A stretch of DNA of 64,000 nt from Candidatus Delongbacteria bacterium (GCA_016937995.1 JAFGVM010000064.1:27636-91635), one strand, 5' to 3'; numbered from the stretch's first letter, positions 27,622 to 39,008 are shown. Notes: generated by a model from the sequence alone, not told the origin. Numbers and translations: made by a program.

Positions 27622-28755
27622 TTAAGTAATATGTACTTTATCGTTAATCATGGATTGGTATAATTCTGAATATTTATCTGACATAGCTTGAGAAGAAAAG
27701 TGTACTTTAATAATTTGTGAACAATCTGTTTTATTATGCAGCAATTCTATAGCTTGTTTGAGTTTGTTGGATAGTGCAACAGAATCATTATTCTTAAACA
27801 AAACACCAACATCACTTTTGTTAAAATAGGTAAGAATTTCTTCAAATGCTGGGATATCTGAAAGTATACAGAATAATCCACAAGAAATAGCTTCGGTCAC
27901 AACTAATCCAAATCCTTCAGTTAAAGATGAACTTATAAAGACATCAGAAGCTTGATAGTAATCTTCGACATTAGTTTGTCTTCCAACAAATTTAATATTA
28001 TCAGAACTATTAGATAAAGTCTTACATTCTTCTAATAATTCTCCGTCTCCCACAAAAATTAGTAATGACTTTTCAACTTCTGAAATCATAAAAGCTTTAA
28101 TTGTTGTGATAGGATCTTTTAGTTGTGTTAAATGGCCTACAGATAAAAAAACAACTCGATCAGCAGGTATTTTAAGCTTATCTCTTAATTTTAATTTTGC
28201 AGATAAAGGAATAGAAAAGAATTTTTTTGAATCTATGCCATTATAAACAACAGAAGTATTGAGAGAGTATCGATTTTTTAAATGCTTGGAAATACTTTTT
28301 GAGATTGATACAGGTTGGCTTATCTTTTTCAAAATCTTCATGTGAAAATACAGCATAATATTTCCTAAGAATTTACCGTATCTTAATAGGTAATCTTTAT
28401 TTGGAAAATTATGAATTGTAGAAACTGTGCTATATTTTTTTGAGAATATCGAACACAAATAATCACTTCGAATACCATGAGAGTGTATTAAGTCAGGATT
28501 GATATTGTTGATTATTTTTGAAGTATTTCTTTTCAAAAAAAAGATACCTTTTAGTCTTGATAGTTTAACCTGACTAACATCCGATCCTTCTTTTACGAAT
28601 TCATCAATAAGTGAATGTTGTGGTTCTTTTGACAATGTAATTATAAAAACATCAAATAGTTTTTTATCAAGGTTTTTAACAATGCTCAATAGAACTTGGA
28701 CTGGTCCACAATTTTTAAGAGTTGATACGATATATACTATTTTTATTTTTTTCAT
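27622..28755 (-). CDS. GT4 glycosyltransferase
   Basis: VVYNGID and SSLTEGFGLVVTEA (EX7E). Confidence 0.9.
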   Translation of the reverse strand: MKKIKIVYIVSTLKNCGPVQVLLSIVKNLDKKLFDVFIITLSKEPQHSLIDEFVKEGSDVSQVKLSRLKGIFFLKRNTSKIINNINPDLIHSHGIRSDYLCSIFSKKYSTVSTIHNFPNKDYLLRYGKFLGNIMLYFHMKILKKISQPVSISKSISKHLKNRYSLNTSVVYNGIDSKKFFSIPLSAKLKLRDKLKIPADRVVFLSVGHLTQLKDPITTIKAFMISEVEKSLLIFVGDGELLEECKTLSNSSDNIKFVGRQTNVEDYYQASDVFISSSLTEGFGLVVTEAISCGLFCILSDIPAFEEILTYFNKSDVGVLFKNNDSVALSNKLKQAIELLHNKTDCSQIIKVHFSSQAMSDKYSELYQSMINDKVHIT

Positions 28756-28756
28756 A

Positions 28757-29842
28757 TTATAATTTTATCATTTCATTCCATTTATCCATATATTTATCTA
28801 CAGAAAGAGTGTCAGATATTTTTATAGCATTATTACCCAAATTTCTTCTTAATTCACTATCTGTAAGTAAAAGTCTTATTTTTTCGCTAAGTTCCTCGAT
28901 ATTTTCATTTTGAATAAGAATACCGTTAACATTATTTTCAATTATATTTCTAGGCCCATTCGGACAATCTGTTGAAATAACAGGTAAGCCTGCAGACATA
29001 GCTTCAGCTATAACCATTCCGAAAGATTCGGATTTTGACGACAAAACGAATATGTCTGATTGGACCATCTTTTCTACTATATTGTCAACTGGATCATGAA
29101 TGATTATTTTTTGTTCAAGACCTAGGTTGTTAATTAAATTATTTAAATTACTTAACTCTGGGCCTGAACCATAAATATTCAATTTTAATTTCGGGAACTC
29201 TTTTTCTACTTTAGAAAAAGCATGTACAAGGATATCAAAACCTTTGTCTTTTATCAATCTACCTACGCTTATCAATTCGTATTTTAAATCGCTATAATTT
29301 GTTTTAAATAAGCTGGAATTCATAATAGGGTTGTATACAACATGTATTTTATTGCTCAATACTGATGAAAAAAAAATCTTATCCTCAGGAGTAATAACAG
29401 TGATTGCTTTTGTAAGTTTATATGTTTTTATTCTCAGAAATTCCCATATATTGCCGATTTTTTTAAAGCAAAGTGCAAAATGCTCAGTTGCAATTACTGG
29501 AATTTTAGTTTTGAATAGAGAGATTATGGTTAAAATATTCAATATATCTGCAAATGAAATAATTAGGTCGGGTTTTGTTCTTAGAATCGCTTTCCTAATC
29601 TTATATAGTGTTACTGGAAAATATAATGATTTTAAGACAGGATTTTTGATCTTGCCGAGTATGTCAGTTTTGATCAATTTGATTTGGGGATCCAACGGAT
29701 AAAAACTATTTTTAGAAGTATCACTGACTGTTAATATAGTAACTTTATGATCACGCTTCACCAATTCAGATGATAGGATGGACATTACTCTTTCAGTTCC
29801 CCCAGAGTTACTCATTTTTGATATTATTAAAGTTATTCTCAT
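28757..29842 (-). CDS. GT4 glycosyltransferase (AmsD/PglH-like)
   Basis: GGTERV, VGRL..KG, ESFGMVIAEA and DCPNGP. Confidence 0.9.
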   Translation of the reverse strand: MRITLIISKMSNSGGTERVMSILSSELVKRDHKVTILTVSDTSKNSFYPLDPQIKLIKTDILGKIKNPVLKSLYFPVTLYKIRKAILRTKPDLIISFADILNILTIISLFKTKIPVIATEHFALCFKKIGNIWEFLRIKTYKLTKAITVITPEDKIFFSSVLSNKIHVVYNPIMNSSLFKTNYSDLKYELISVGRLIKDKGFDILVHAFSKVEKEFPKLKLNIYGSGPELSNLNNLINNLGLEQKIIIHDPVDNIVEKMVQSDIFVLSSKSESFGMVIAEAMSAGLPVISTDCPNGPRNIIENNVNGILIQNENIEELSEKIRLLLTDSELRRNLGNNAIKISDTLSVDKYMDKWNEMIKL

Positions 29843-29859
29843 TTGATCTATACAATTCC

Positions 29860-30864
29860 CTAAAATAATCTTGATTTTTTGTTCTTGTAGATATTGAAGT
29901 ATATATTGTCGAAATATAAAAGCATAATTGATTTAATCATAAGTTTATAATTTTTAAATGGATTCATATAAAATGCTCTTCTAAGGAAATATTTTATTAT
30001 CTTCCTTTTTCTTAAACTGAAATATTTTTTTTCTTCTTTCAATACGGCCCAATTTGTAAGTATCATAACAGTAGTTCTGACAATTTTGTCATACTTAACA
30101 GCATTTATGATCTTCGAATCCTCTTTTTGGTCTATGAATTTTTTTTCCAGATGGTAGAGTGATTTCAATATTGTAAGATATTTTAGATTTTTCAGATTCT
30201 GCATTGTTCCCTGATCATGTCTGAGATAAATTAGAAGCTCTTTATTAACACAGCTAACTCTATTTGCTTTGGCAAGTGATTCGTAGTTAAATATCTGATC
30301 CTCACCATAGCTGATATTTTCATAAAATCTGATCTTATTATTTTCTAATAACTTTTTATCGAATAAAATGCTCCAAATGTACATATATGTTTCAGATTTA
30401 AGGTATTTCAATAAAACATCTTTTCCGGATAAAACACCTTCTGTGTATTTATATCTATCCAGGTATGTTCTGAAAACAGATCCGTCAGTCAAGACTTCAG
30501 TATAACCACAATAGACCATATCTGAACCATTTTCAATGATTTTATTATACATTAATTCAAGGTAATTATTTTCCACATGATCATCACCGTCAATGAAACA
30601 AATATATTTACCGATCGAAAGTTCAATCCCGATATTTCTACTTTTACTTACCCCTTTATTTTCTTGGTCGATCACACGATAATTTGAGAAAATGTCCTTA
30701 TAAGAGTTGATCACATCCAAAGTACTATCAGTTGAACCATCGTTTACAACTATTATTTCAAAATTTTGGAAAGTCTGATTTTTTAAACTGTCCAATGTTT
30801 TTGATACGAAGTTACCAACGTTAAATGCCGGTATTATGACAGTGATATATATATCGTTGATCAT
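29860..30864 (-). CDS. GT2 glycosyltransferase
   Basis: IIPAFN, VNDGSTD, FIDGDD and GED. Confidence 0.9.
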   Translation of the reverse strand: MINDIYITVIIPAFNVGNFVSKTLDSLKNQTFQNFEIIVVNDGSTDSTLDVINSYKDIFSNYRVIDQENKGVSKSRNIGIELSIGKYICFIDGDDHVENNYLELMYNKIIENGSDMVYCGYTEVLTDGSVFRTYLDRYKYTEGVLSGKDVLLKYLKSETYMYIWSILFDKKLLENNKIRFYENISYGEDQIFNYESLAKANRVSCVNKELLIYLRHDQGTMQNLKNLKYLTILKSLYHLEKKFIDQKEDSKIINAVKYDKIVRTTVMILTNWAVLKEEKKYFSLRKRKIIKYFLRRAFYMNPFKNYKLMIKSIMLLYFDNIYFNIYKNKKSRLF

Positions 30865-32097
30865 TTAGTTCTCATTTATAATTTCTAAATATTCATTGAT
30901 AATTCTTTTGGAATCAAAATCAAATGCTCTGGCCTTACCTTTATCTGAGTAATCTTTACTCATATTTTTATCATTGAGCAAAACTTTTATTGCATCTAAA
31001 AGAAATTTCTCTTCATTCGTTAATGGTTCATAAGCATTTCTGAATTTTCCATCGCAAACTGGCGTTAATATACCAAATTCAGCAAATTCAATTTTATCTT
31101 TCAAGTTAACATCCCGGGAGCCTGGAGCTAATATCTCTCTAGGACCAGCTTTACAATCAGGGAATATCACAGGCAAACAACAGATCATTGATTCAACTAT
31201 AACATTTCCAAAACCTTCAAGTATTGAACTTGAAACAAATATGTCAGCACTTTTTAGAAGATTATATGGATTTTCAGTATAATCAATGAATCTGATACAG
31301 TCTTCCAGGTTTAACTCATTTATTAGGGTTAGTAACTGATCTTTTATTTTGATCTCAACATCTAAAAAGGCTTCACCGATTATTACGAGTTCTATGTCTG
31401 CAAATTCCTTTTTTACCTCTGAAAATGATCTGATTAAATGCCAAAAAGCTTTTGTATGACAAATCCTTCCGATTGTAATTAATCTTTTGGCATTAGATTT
31501 TTTTTGGAATTCTGTCGAGAGTGGTTCTGAAGACCGTTTGATAATGTCATCAGTATTAAACGGGTTGTATATCGGGACGATCTTTCTTTCCTGAAGATTA
31601 AAATTAGATACAAGGTCTTTTTTTAATGATCTGGATACAGTAATAATTTTATCACTTTTGTTATATAAAAACCGTATCAAGACTTTGTTAACAACGCCTC
31701 TGAAATCCCTCCTTTCAGATTCCTCTTTCGACTTGTAGCTATGAATTGTAAGTATGGAGTTATTAGTTGATCTAGATAGAATGTTTAAAATGTTAGGGTG
31801 TTCACCAAAAGAAATTATTGATCCGAGATTATATTTTTTAACAAAATTTCTTAACATGAAAAATTTCTTAAAACTTCTGGTAAATCTGTGTATTATTTTA
31901 TTGGATTGAGCATTTTGATCTAATATTAAAAGTTTACCTGAAAAATCAAATAACCTGTTCTTATTTGAGTATACAATGACAAAAACATTATAATGCTTTG
32001 AAAGCTCATTTGATAATGTCGTTGCAACCCTTTCGATCCCACCGATCACATTAAAATCTCTGAGCAATAAACCGATATTATTTTTATTTTCTGTCAT
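30865..32097 (-). CDS. GT4 glycosyltransferase (PglJ/WabH-like)
   Basis: GGIERV, IYNP, EGFGNVIVES and DCKAGPREIL. Confidence 0.9.
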   Translation of the reverse strand: MTENKNNIGLLLRDFNVIGGIERVATTLSNELSKHYNVFVIVYSNKNRLFDFSGKLLILDQNAQSNKIIHRFTRSFKKFFMLRNFVKKYNLGSIISFGEHPNILNILSRSTNNSILTIHSYKSKEESERRDFRGVVNKVLIRFLYNKSDKIITVSRSLKKDLVSNFNLQERKIVPIYNPFNTDDIIKRSSEPLSTEFQKKSNAKRLITIGRICHTKAFWHLIRSFSEVKKEFADIELVIIGEAFLDVEIKIKDQLLTLINELNLEDCIRFIDYTENPYNLLKSADIFVSSSILEGFGNVIVESMICCLPVIFPDCKAGPREILAPGSRDVNLKDKIEFAEFGILTPVCDGKFRNAYEPLTNEEKFLLDAIKVLLNDKNMSKDYSDKGKARAFDFDSKRIINEYLEIINEN

Positions 32098-33118
32098 ATT
32101 TGATCGAACATTTTAATAAGAATTTTAATTTCAATACAAACCCCGGGTTAAATTTTTGTGAATAAATGAATTCTGAATAAATATCTTTTGTTTTCAATCC
32201 GAATTTTGTTGAATTAGTACAAACTGAGAACCAGTATTTTGATATTATATTTTTAAAAATGTTGTGCTGATATATTTTATTATCATCATTTGCTTTGATC
32301 AGGTTATTTATCCAAGCAAGTATCAGTTTAAGATCCTCAAATTTATCAAGAATTTTATTGGTTGATAAATTTATATGAGTTGTGATTTCTGATTCATCAG
32401 GTTTTAAACCAAGAACTTCCAACTGAGCCAAGAAGATCCTCTTCAAGAAAGTTTTTCTATAATCTTTAGTAGTCGAATTTGTAATATTTGAACTTAAGAA
32501 ACGGTATTTTAATAAAGGTTCAGTGAGATTCGCAAATTTTGTATATTTAACCATTCTAGACCAAAGCTCATAGTCCTGACTGATTTGAAATTCTTCGTTA
32601 TAACGGAATTTATGCTCATCAAGTACTGATTTTCTCATAAACACCGTTGGGTGCATGATCACATCTCTAAATAACAATTCAACCTTTATCTCATCATGCG
32701 ACAATGGAAGTTCTGTGAGTTCATTATATTTGCCAAAAAATTGAATATTCGTACCTAAAACTCCCACATCAGAATTATCCTCCATGAATGAGTACTGTTT
32801 AAGAAATCGTTCAGGTTTAGAAATGTCGTCTGAGTCCATTCTTGCTATATATTTTCCCTTTACAATATCAAGCATTTTATTCAAATTTTTTGTAAGACCA
32901 ATATTTTCTAGGTTTTTTAGCAATACTATTCTATCATCTTGCTTCGCATAATCTTCTAGAATTATTAACGAAGTATCAGAAGAACAATCATCTGTAATTA
33001 TAAATTCAAAATCAGAAAACGATTGGTTTAAAATGCTGTCAACAGATTCTTTTAAGTATAACTCGCTGTTATATACAGACATTATGACAGATATTTGAGG
33101 AGTGTTTTTAGAATTCAT
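32084..33118 (-). CDS. GT2 glycosyltransferase
   Basis: SVIMSVYN, DDCSSD, RMDSDD, HPTV and QDYELW. Confidence 0.9.
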   Translation of the reverse strand: MNSKNTPQISVIMSVYNSELYLKESVDSILNQSFSDFEFIITDDCSSDTSLIILEDYAKQDDRIVLLKNLENIGLTKNLNKMLDIVKGKYIARMDSDDISKPERFLKQYSFMEDNSDVGVLGTNIQFFGKYNELTELPLSHDEIKVELLFRDVIMHPTVFMRKSVLDEHKFRYNEEFQISQDYELWSRMVKYTKFANLTEPLLKYRFLSSNITNSTTKDYRKTFLKRIFLAQLEVLGLKPDESEITTHINLSTNKILDKFEDLKLILAWINNLIKANDDNKIYQHNIFKNIISKYWFSVCTNSTKFGLKTKDIYSEFIYSQKFNPGFVLKLKFLLKCSIKYDRK

Positions 33119-34397
33119 TCTGGATAGCTTTTTTTCTTATTACAAATTTCTGAGAAATAAATATAATGATAAAAACTGAACCTACACTCCAAATATACCT
33201 GAATTCCCATTTAAGTAATCCCATGATACTAACGAAAAATACTAATAGTAAAAGTGAAAAACTTACGATAGAATAATTTTTACGGAATGTATTAAAAGTA
33301 AGAGAATTAATTACTCCTATAATGTAGGAATATAGTGCTATCCCAAAAATTCCTGCATCTCTATAGAATGTATACAGCATCGTATAATGTGAGTTGTGAT
33401 TTATTGCAGAACCGCCAAGGCTTCTGTATGTTGCAGTAATTTCATGAAATGAGTTATTGATATTCGCAAAAGGTATGGATATTTTCTTAAAAATGATATC
33501 TAGGATCCAATCTATTCCGGCTATAAAACCTCGAAAGTATGAATAATCATAATCAATTCCCACTTTATAATTATTCAAAAAGTAGTCAAAAGCAGTGAAT
33601 GGACCTGCAAAGTACCAAACGAAATAATTCTTAATTATTGAAAATGGATCAAGAGATTGATTTGAGGTTCTGAATGTGCTCATAGAAATTATAAATGTAA
33701 TTAGCAATAAAACACTAGCAATATATCTGAGCTTAATTTTCTTTTTATCAATAAGAAAATAAAAACCTAAAAAAAGATTTATAACAATTAAGAAAATAGG
33801 AAACCTTCCAATTGTAGATATACTGTATAAAATTAGGTTCAAAAAAGATATGAATAGAAATCTCTTTGGTAACTTCTCCAACAAAACTCCTGCAATTGAA
33901 ATGAACGAACATGCATAAAGGCTTGGTTTTACAAAATACGCAAAATATAGCAGATAATTTCCATATAGTCCTTCAGAAGAATATACCATACCTCTAAAAG
34001 TACCAGGATTAAGATTTCTTAACATACCTATTGTTTTCTGGATCATTAAAATTAGAATGATAGTAATGAAAAATTGGAAATAAAAAAATAATTTTAATTT
34101 AATTGAATTATTTATATTGAAGTCAAGCTTTTTAACTTTTTTCAATAATAACTTCTTATTACTTAAAAATGTTATGCTTCCTACAGAAAACATTATCAGA
34201 GATAAAATAATCAATTGATATGCATACATACTTGGTAGCCTCATTCCTATCAAATTGAAAGTAGATAGAAAAATAAATCCACCCCACCAAATCACATAAA
34301 TTGTGGTTGGATTTGCTAAAGTCTCTGATTTTACCCATGCCAGAAAAATTGAGAGAAAAATAACAGAAAATAAAATATAATAAAATGAATCAGGCAT
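33108..34397 (-). CDS. wzy: O-antigen/oligosaccharide repeat polymerase Wzy
   Basis: Polytopic membrane protein with a large periplasmic loop ending YTMLYTFYRDAG, located between GTs and wzz. Confidence 0.75.
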   Translation of the reverse strand: MPDSFYYILFSVIFLSIFLAWVKSETLANPTTIYVIWWGGFIFLSTFNLIGMRLPSMYAYQLIILSLIMFSVGSITFLSNKKLLLKKVKKLDFNINNSIKLKLFFYFQFFITIILILMIQKTIGMLRNLNPGTFRGMVYSSEGLYGNYLLYFAYFVKPSLYACSFISIAGVLLEKLPKRFLFISFLNLILYSISTIGRFPIFLIVINLFLGFYFLIDKKKIKLRYIASVLLLITFIISMSTFRTSNQSLDPFSIIKNYFVWYFAGPFTAFDYFLNNYKVGIDYDYSYFRGFIAGIDWILDIIFKKISIPFANINNSFHEITATYRSLGGSAINHNSHYTMLYTFYRDAGIFGIALYSYIIGVINSLTFNTFRKNYSIVSFSLLLLVFFVSIMGLLKWEFRYIWSVGSVFIIIFISQKFVIRKKAIQNEF

Positions 34398-34402
34398 CTA
34401 CT

Positions 34403-35266
34403 TTACTCTTTAATTGCCGCAAAGATCTTCTTAAATCCCGGTTTCAATGAAACGATCAGGACTGAAAACAATCCACCTAAAAACGTAGTCATTATGACCA
34501 TGAAAGATCTTTTTGGATATATTCTTTTTGAAGGTATGTAAGGTTTATTGACTACTGTAAAAACATTTGAGGATAAAACGAACTTATCTTCGATCTTGGT
34601 TGACAGTTTCTTTTCAAGCATTTGTATAACTCTTGAATCCTTAGTTTTATTTATTAGATCCTCATAAAACTCAATATCAGCCTGCAGATTTTCAACATTT
34701 TGATTTCTTATATAGTCTCTAAGGGTAATTAAAATTTCATTCATAAGCTCATAAGCAAAATATTTATCCTTCAATTTAACAGACAGACCTATAGTATTAT
34801 GATCAGTATTCACTGCGTATTTAATTACTTTTTCAAGAATTTTAATTGCAGTATCATGTTTCATCTGTTCTTTTAATTTTTTATCAGGCTCGATTTTATC
34901 AATTTTAGATAAAATATCTCCAAACAACCGTTCTTCTTTTTCGTATTTCTTATAAAATATTTCAAGGAAAGTATTGGATTTTAATGTTAGTAAGATCTGA
35001 TTTATCACAGGTGTACTTGTATAGCCACCAAGTGAAAATCCCATCAAATTAGTACTGGATTCCAATGATGTTTCCTCAGATGCTTCTGCGGGTTTAATGA
35101 TTGCATTCACTTCATAAATATGATCAACTACCAGTGAATAAATAATACTTCCAATTGCGAAGATCATTGTTATTAGTATAACCTGATATCTGTCTTTCCA
35201 AAGATTACGGATAAGATTATAAATGTTAAATTCATCCATCATGTCTTTCTGTTCTTCATTGCTCAT
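34403..35266 (-). CDS. wzz: Chain-length determinant Wzz
   Basis: Two terminal TM helices, coiled periplasmic domain and Pro-rich PYIPSKRIYPKR before TM2. Confidence 0.85.
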   Translation of the reverse strand: MSNEEQKDMMDEFNIYNLIRNLWKDRYQVILITMIFAIGSIIYSLVVDHIYEVNAIIKPAEASEETSLESSTNLMGFSLGGYTSTPVINQILLTLKSNTFLEIFYKKYEKEERLFGDILSKIDKIEPDKKLKEQMKHDTAIKILEKVIKYAVNTDHNTIGLSVKLKDKYFAYELMNEILITLRDYIRNQNVENLQADIEFYEDLINKTKDSRVIQMLEKKLSTKIEDKFVLSSNVFTVVNKPYIPSKRIYPKRSFMVIMTTFLGGLFSVLIVSLKPGFKKIFAAIKE

Positions 35267-35325
35267 TGCTATATCCTATTGTCCTTTAGTATTAATAATG
35301 ACTTTGTTATACGTATAAATTTGAT

Positions 35326-36921
35326 TTAAGTTCGTTCCAATATGTTTTCGTTAAGTACGTGAATATTTGAATAAAGTTGATATGCTCTCATTCCTTCGAT
35401 GTTCTCTAATATGTCATCAGGGATAAAACCGGGGTTCTTATCTTTAAATTCGATCACATCATTTTTTATTATATCCCGGTGATATTTCAGATAGTAATAA
35501 TCATGAGTTTCTGTATCAAAGCGGTTGGGAAAATTGACAGGCAGTTTTATTTTTCCCTGAATTATACTATTCAACTTTCGGATAATTCTATACTCCAGAT
35601 CCTGACATTTGTTGCTCAGTCCTATCTCTTTATTTCTAAAAATAGATGAGACATTATTAATATTTAGCAGTTTGGGATCAATTCTATTTAACAATCGGTT
35701 AACGATAGCTTTATATTTTCTGCTACTGTCAGGTAAGGACATGAAAAGATTCTCGATCCTGTGATCTAAAGGTGGAATGATAACATTTGTATATCTTCGC
35801 CAGACATTTACCAGACCGAACATGAACTTGGAGTTTCTTTCCCTTATATAGACATATTCATTGAAGCTTGATATAGTTCTGTTCAGTTTCCAGTCAGTAA
35901 ATAATTTTTCTAGATCAGAAATGATCTCATCAGTAATTTTCTGAGGGATCCGGTATTTACCTGAAGCATTAATTATGGTTTTATAGTAACTTGACTTTGT
36001 AAATTCATTGTTTAGTTCAGGGTCGCATGCATAGCCGAATATACCGTCGGCCAAAACACCCGAAATCAAATTTGAACCTTTAGGATCTACATCCGATAAG
36101 TAACTAAATAAATGACTATTTTGAACTCCAATAAAACCACCGGAAATTTCGGATAATTCAACAATATCTTTCATGTATTTATCTTCGGTCAATTTATGAA
36201 AAATATGTTTTTTCCTGTCATATCCTAGCAGATCTATCACTTTTTTTGCAGCTGCATTTTCGATGATATTTTTATTAAAACCATAAGTTACGAACTCGTT
36301 TATATATTTTTCTTTATCGAACAATGAAAGGAACAAACGGCTGTCAAATCCTCCGCTTACAGGGAAAAGATATTCCTTATATTCCAACTCCTTAAAATAT
36401 GATCTGATAGTATCGATCATTTCATCATAATTGTTCGCTGAGACTCCGGATATTTTTTCATAGTCATAATTGAAGTATCTAGATTCTTTTACAGAATTAT
36501 TTTCTATGTGTAATAAAGAACAGGCTTGTAAATATTTAACCTCTTGAAGCAAAGTTCTGTCAAGTAGAGTGTTTTCAAAAATAAAAAGCTCCCAAAATCC
36601 TATTTTGTCTTCAGTTGGGATAATTACATTTGAAGCAACATATTTATAGTTATTTGAAAATATTACCTGAGAACCGGTATTTGTGTAGAATACAGGTATT
36701 GAAGAAAAATGATCGGTGTATATACTTAAAGACCGTTCAGTGAATTCAATTTTTACTCCTCTGAATTTTGACATATCGGTAGCATTATCGAGTTCGTTCT
36801 TTAAATTTGTTATCAAGATCTCTGAGCTTGAAATTCTGTTTACAAATCCATTGATCTTTTTTTCGGTCAGTTGTATTTTGCTGTCACTGATATTGAATAT
36901 TAATAAAAAATCGTTTTTCAA
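35326..36921 (-). CDS. Asparagine-synthase-like amidotransferase (polysaccharide amidation)
   Basis: TDHFSSIPVFY remnant of the Ntn domain, PP-loop SGGFDSR and GVLADGIFG; no Cys after the start Met. Confidence 0.7.
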   Translation of the reverse strand: MKNDFLLIFNISDSKIQLTEKKINGFVNRISSSEILITNLKNELDNATDMSKFRGVKIEFTERSLSIYTDHFSSIPVFYTNTGSQVIFSNNYKYVASNVIIPTEDKIGFWELFIFENTLLDRTLLQEVKYLQACSLLHIENNSVKESRYFNYDYEKISGVSANNYDEMIDTIRSYFKELEYKEYLFPVSGGFDSRLFLSLFDKEKYINEFVTYGFNKNIIENAAAKKVIDLLGYDRKKHIFHKLTEDKYMKDIVELSEISGGFIGVQNSHLFSYLSDVDPKGSNLISGVLADGIFGYACDPELNNEFTKSSYYKTIINASGKYRIPQKITDEIISDLEKLFTDWKLNRTISSFNEYVYIRERNSKFMFGLVNVWRRYTNVIIPPLDHRIENLFMSLPDSSRKYKAIVNRLLNRIDPKLLNINNVSSIFRNKEIGLSNKCQDLEYRIIRKLNSIIQGKIKLPVNFPNRFDTETHDYYYLKYHRDIIKNDVIEFKDKNPGFIPDDILENIEGMRAYQLYSNIHVLNENILERT

Positions 36922-36933
36922 ATTTATCTATTC

Positions 36934-37422
36934 TTATATTTCTTTTATGATTTTCGCCGGTGTTCCGCCTATGATCACGTTATTCTCTGTGAAATCCTTG
37001 TTCACCACGGAGTTAGCAGCAACTATTATTCCTTTTCCAGTAATATTCACTCCTGCCAGGATCGTTGCTCCTGCACCTATCCAGCATTTTTCACCAATGA
37101 AAACAGGTTTGTCTATATGGTCTACCATACTACCGTCTTTTCTTTCATTCCAGCTGTCAGTATCGAGTCCGGTGGAAATTATCTTTACATGAGCAGAAAT
37201 AACAACATCATTAGAGATCGTAATTCCACCTGAACCGTTCAGATACGATCTATGATTTATAGCTACATTATCTCCAATACTGATCTTTTCAGGAGCTACC
37301 AGGTCAATAGGTCCATAGATCCTTATCTTATTTCCCTCAGGTATCCGTAAAAGTTTTTTATAGTAGAACAGTCTTAAATTGTTTCTTATTTCTAAGCATT
37401 TTGAGATCAATTTGAATATCAT
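36934..37422 (-). CDS. Left-handed beta-helix O-acyltransferase
   Basis: Hexapeptide repeats, WIGAGATILAGV and GTPAKIIK. Confidence 0.9.
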   Translation of the reverse strand: MIFKLISKCLEIRNNLRLFYYKKLLRIPEGNKIRIYGPIDLVAPEKISIGDNVAINHRSYLNGSGGITISNDVVISAHVKIISTGLDTDSWNERKDGSMVDHIDKPVFIGEKCWIGAGATILAGVNITGKGIIVAANSVVNKDFTENNVIIGGTPAKIIKEI

Positions 37423-37481
37423 AAATCATTTCCTGAAATATTAGTATTGTTATACACTTTAAAATATAGCTGAACAGATCG

Positions 37482-38900
37482 TTAATATCCACTGTTTTTT
37501 AACGGCCAGTCATCAGTTCTGAAAGGGCTCAACGGAAGATCTTCAGAATTATAGACATTGCATTTTGGATCTGAACTCCATCCATACCTTACTGCAACAG
37601 GGTTATTAACATATTCGGAACTTAAGATAATATTTCCCCCTTCTAAATAAGCTTCAGCATCATAGAATATCCTGTTAACTGAAGCTATTTCAAATCCTGT
37701 GATATCGTCACCGATAAATTTTAAGCCGTCATATGTATTTACAAGATCTACAGTGATTTGTTCATTTTTTACGGTATGATCCCTGTATACTGGCCCCGAA
37801 TCAATTATTTTTTTGCTGTAAGTATTTTTTAATGCCAATAAAGATAATCTCCTCCCAACTTCCTGCTTATTTGCAGGATGGATATTGTCAGATTCACCGA
37901 TATCTATCGTTATGGCAATTCCTGTATTTACAGTATTTTCAGCTGCAAATTTCATTGATTCTCTCATCAAAGCCCAGTTGTAATCAATTTTGTAGTTCGG
38001 TAATTGAACAAAATAAAATGGTAAAGTCTCTTCATTCCAATTACTTCTCCAGTCATTTATCAAAACGGGAAGTTGAAACCGGTATTTATAGCAAGCTCCA
38101 TCAGTTCTGGTATTTCTTTCACCCTGATACCATATGAATCCTTTTATAGCAAACTCAGTAAAAGGAAAGATCATAGTATTAAAAATAGCAGAAGGGTAAT
38201 GTCTTTCCTCAAGATCAGAATATTGATGATTGTAAACATCCTCAATATATTGTTTTCCACCTTCAACTTTTATGTTTCCTTCCATAGATGTCCATGATTC
38301 GATCATTGAACTTCCGTAGGAGGAATTTATCAATCCAATGGGTATGTCTAAATTTTCATTCAGTTCTTTTCCGAAGAAATAAGCTGTTGCTGAAAAATCC
38401 TTAACATTTACAGGAGAGCAATACTCCCAGGTATCCAAGATCTCAGGTTCATCATTTAACTGAAGTTCATAGGATTGAGTTACAGTGAACAATCTAATAC
38501 AGGGGTTCTCGGATCTGCTGATCACGTCCTGACCATTTGTTGCAAAACTTGTGGATAGTACCATATTTGATTGCCCTGAGCAGAACCAGACATCACCAAT
38601 CAGTACATCTTCCAGATTTAAGATAATACCTTCTGATTCAAGTTCAAATAATACCGGTACTTTGGAAATTTTTAAGGGTTGAAATACAACACTCCATCTA
38701 TCATTATCATCGACTATTGTACTTTTTTCCTGATCACAAATCCTGACAATTACCTCATCACCCTGATCACCATATCCCCAAACTTTGATATCCTTATCTC
38801 TTTGAAGTATCATTTTATCCCTGAAAATACCTGATAAATAAGCCTCAGAGTAAAGTTGAGATATCAGGGAAATAAATATTATTGACAGAATTATTTTCAT
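37482..38900 (-). CDS. Secreted sialate O-acetylesterase-family (SASA) esterase
   Basis: Signal peptide, MILQR, GDVWFCSGQSNM, WYQGE, DNIHP and PFRTD. Confidence 0.9.
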   Translation of the reverse strand: MKIILSIIFISLISQLYSEAYLSGIFRDKMILQRDKDIKVWGYGDQGDEVIVRICDQEKSTIVDDNDRWSVVFQPLKISKVPVLFELESEGIILNLEDVLIGDVWFCSGQSNMVLSTSFATNGQDVISRSENPCIRLFTVTQSYELQLNDEPEILDTWEYCSPVNVKDFSATAYFFGKELNENLDIPIGLINSSYGSSMIESWTSMEGNIKVEGGKQYIEDVYNHQYSDLEERHYPSAIFNTMIFPFTEFAIKGFIWYQGERNTRTDGACYKYRFQLPVLINDWRSNWNEETLPFYFVQLPNYKIDYNWALMRESMKFAAENTVNTGIAITIDIGESDNIHPANKQEVGRRLSLLALKNTYSKKIIDSGPVYRDHTVKNEQITVDLVNTYDGLKFIGDDITGFEIASVNRIFYDAEAYLEGGNIILSSEYVNNPVAVRYGWSSDPKCNVYNSEDLPLSPFRTDDWPLKNSGY

Positions 38901-39008
38901 GTTTTAACGAATTAAGTTTTCCTGTTGACATTTTTATAACCTTAATGTAATTTGATTTGTTCCAAAAAACAAGAAACCGTTAAAATAAAAAAAACATGGA
39001 GAACATCT

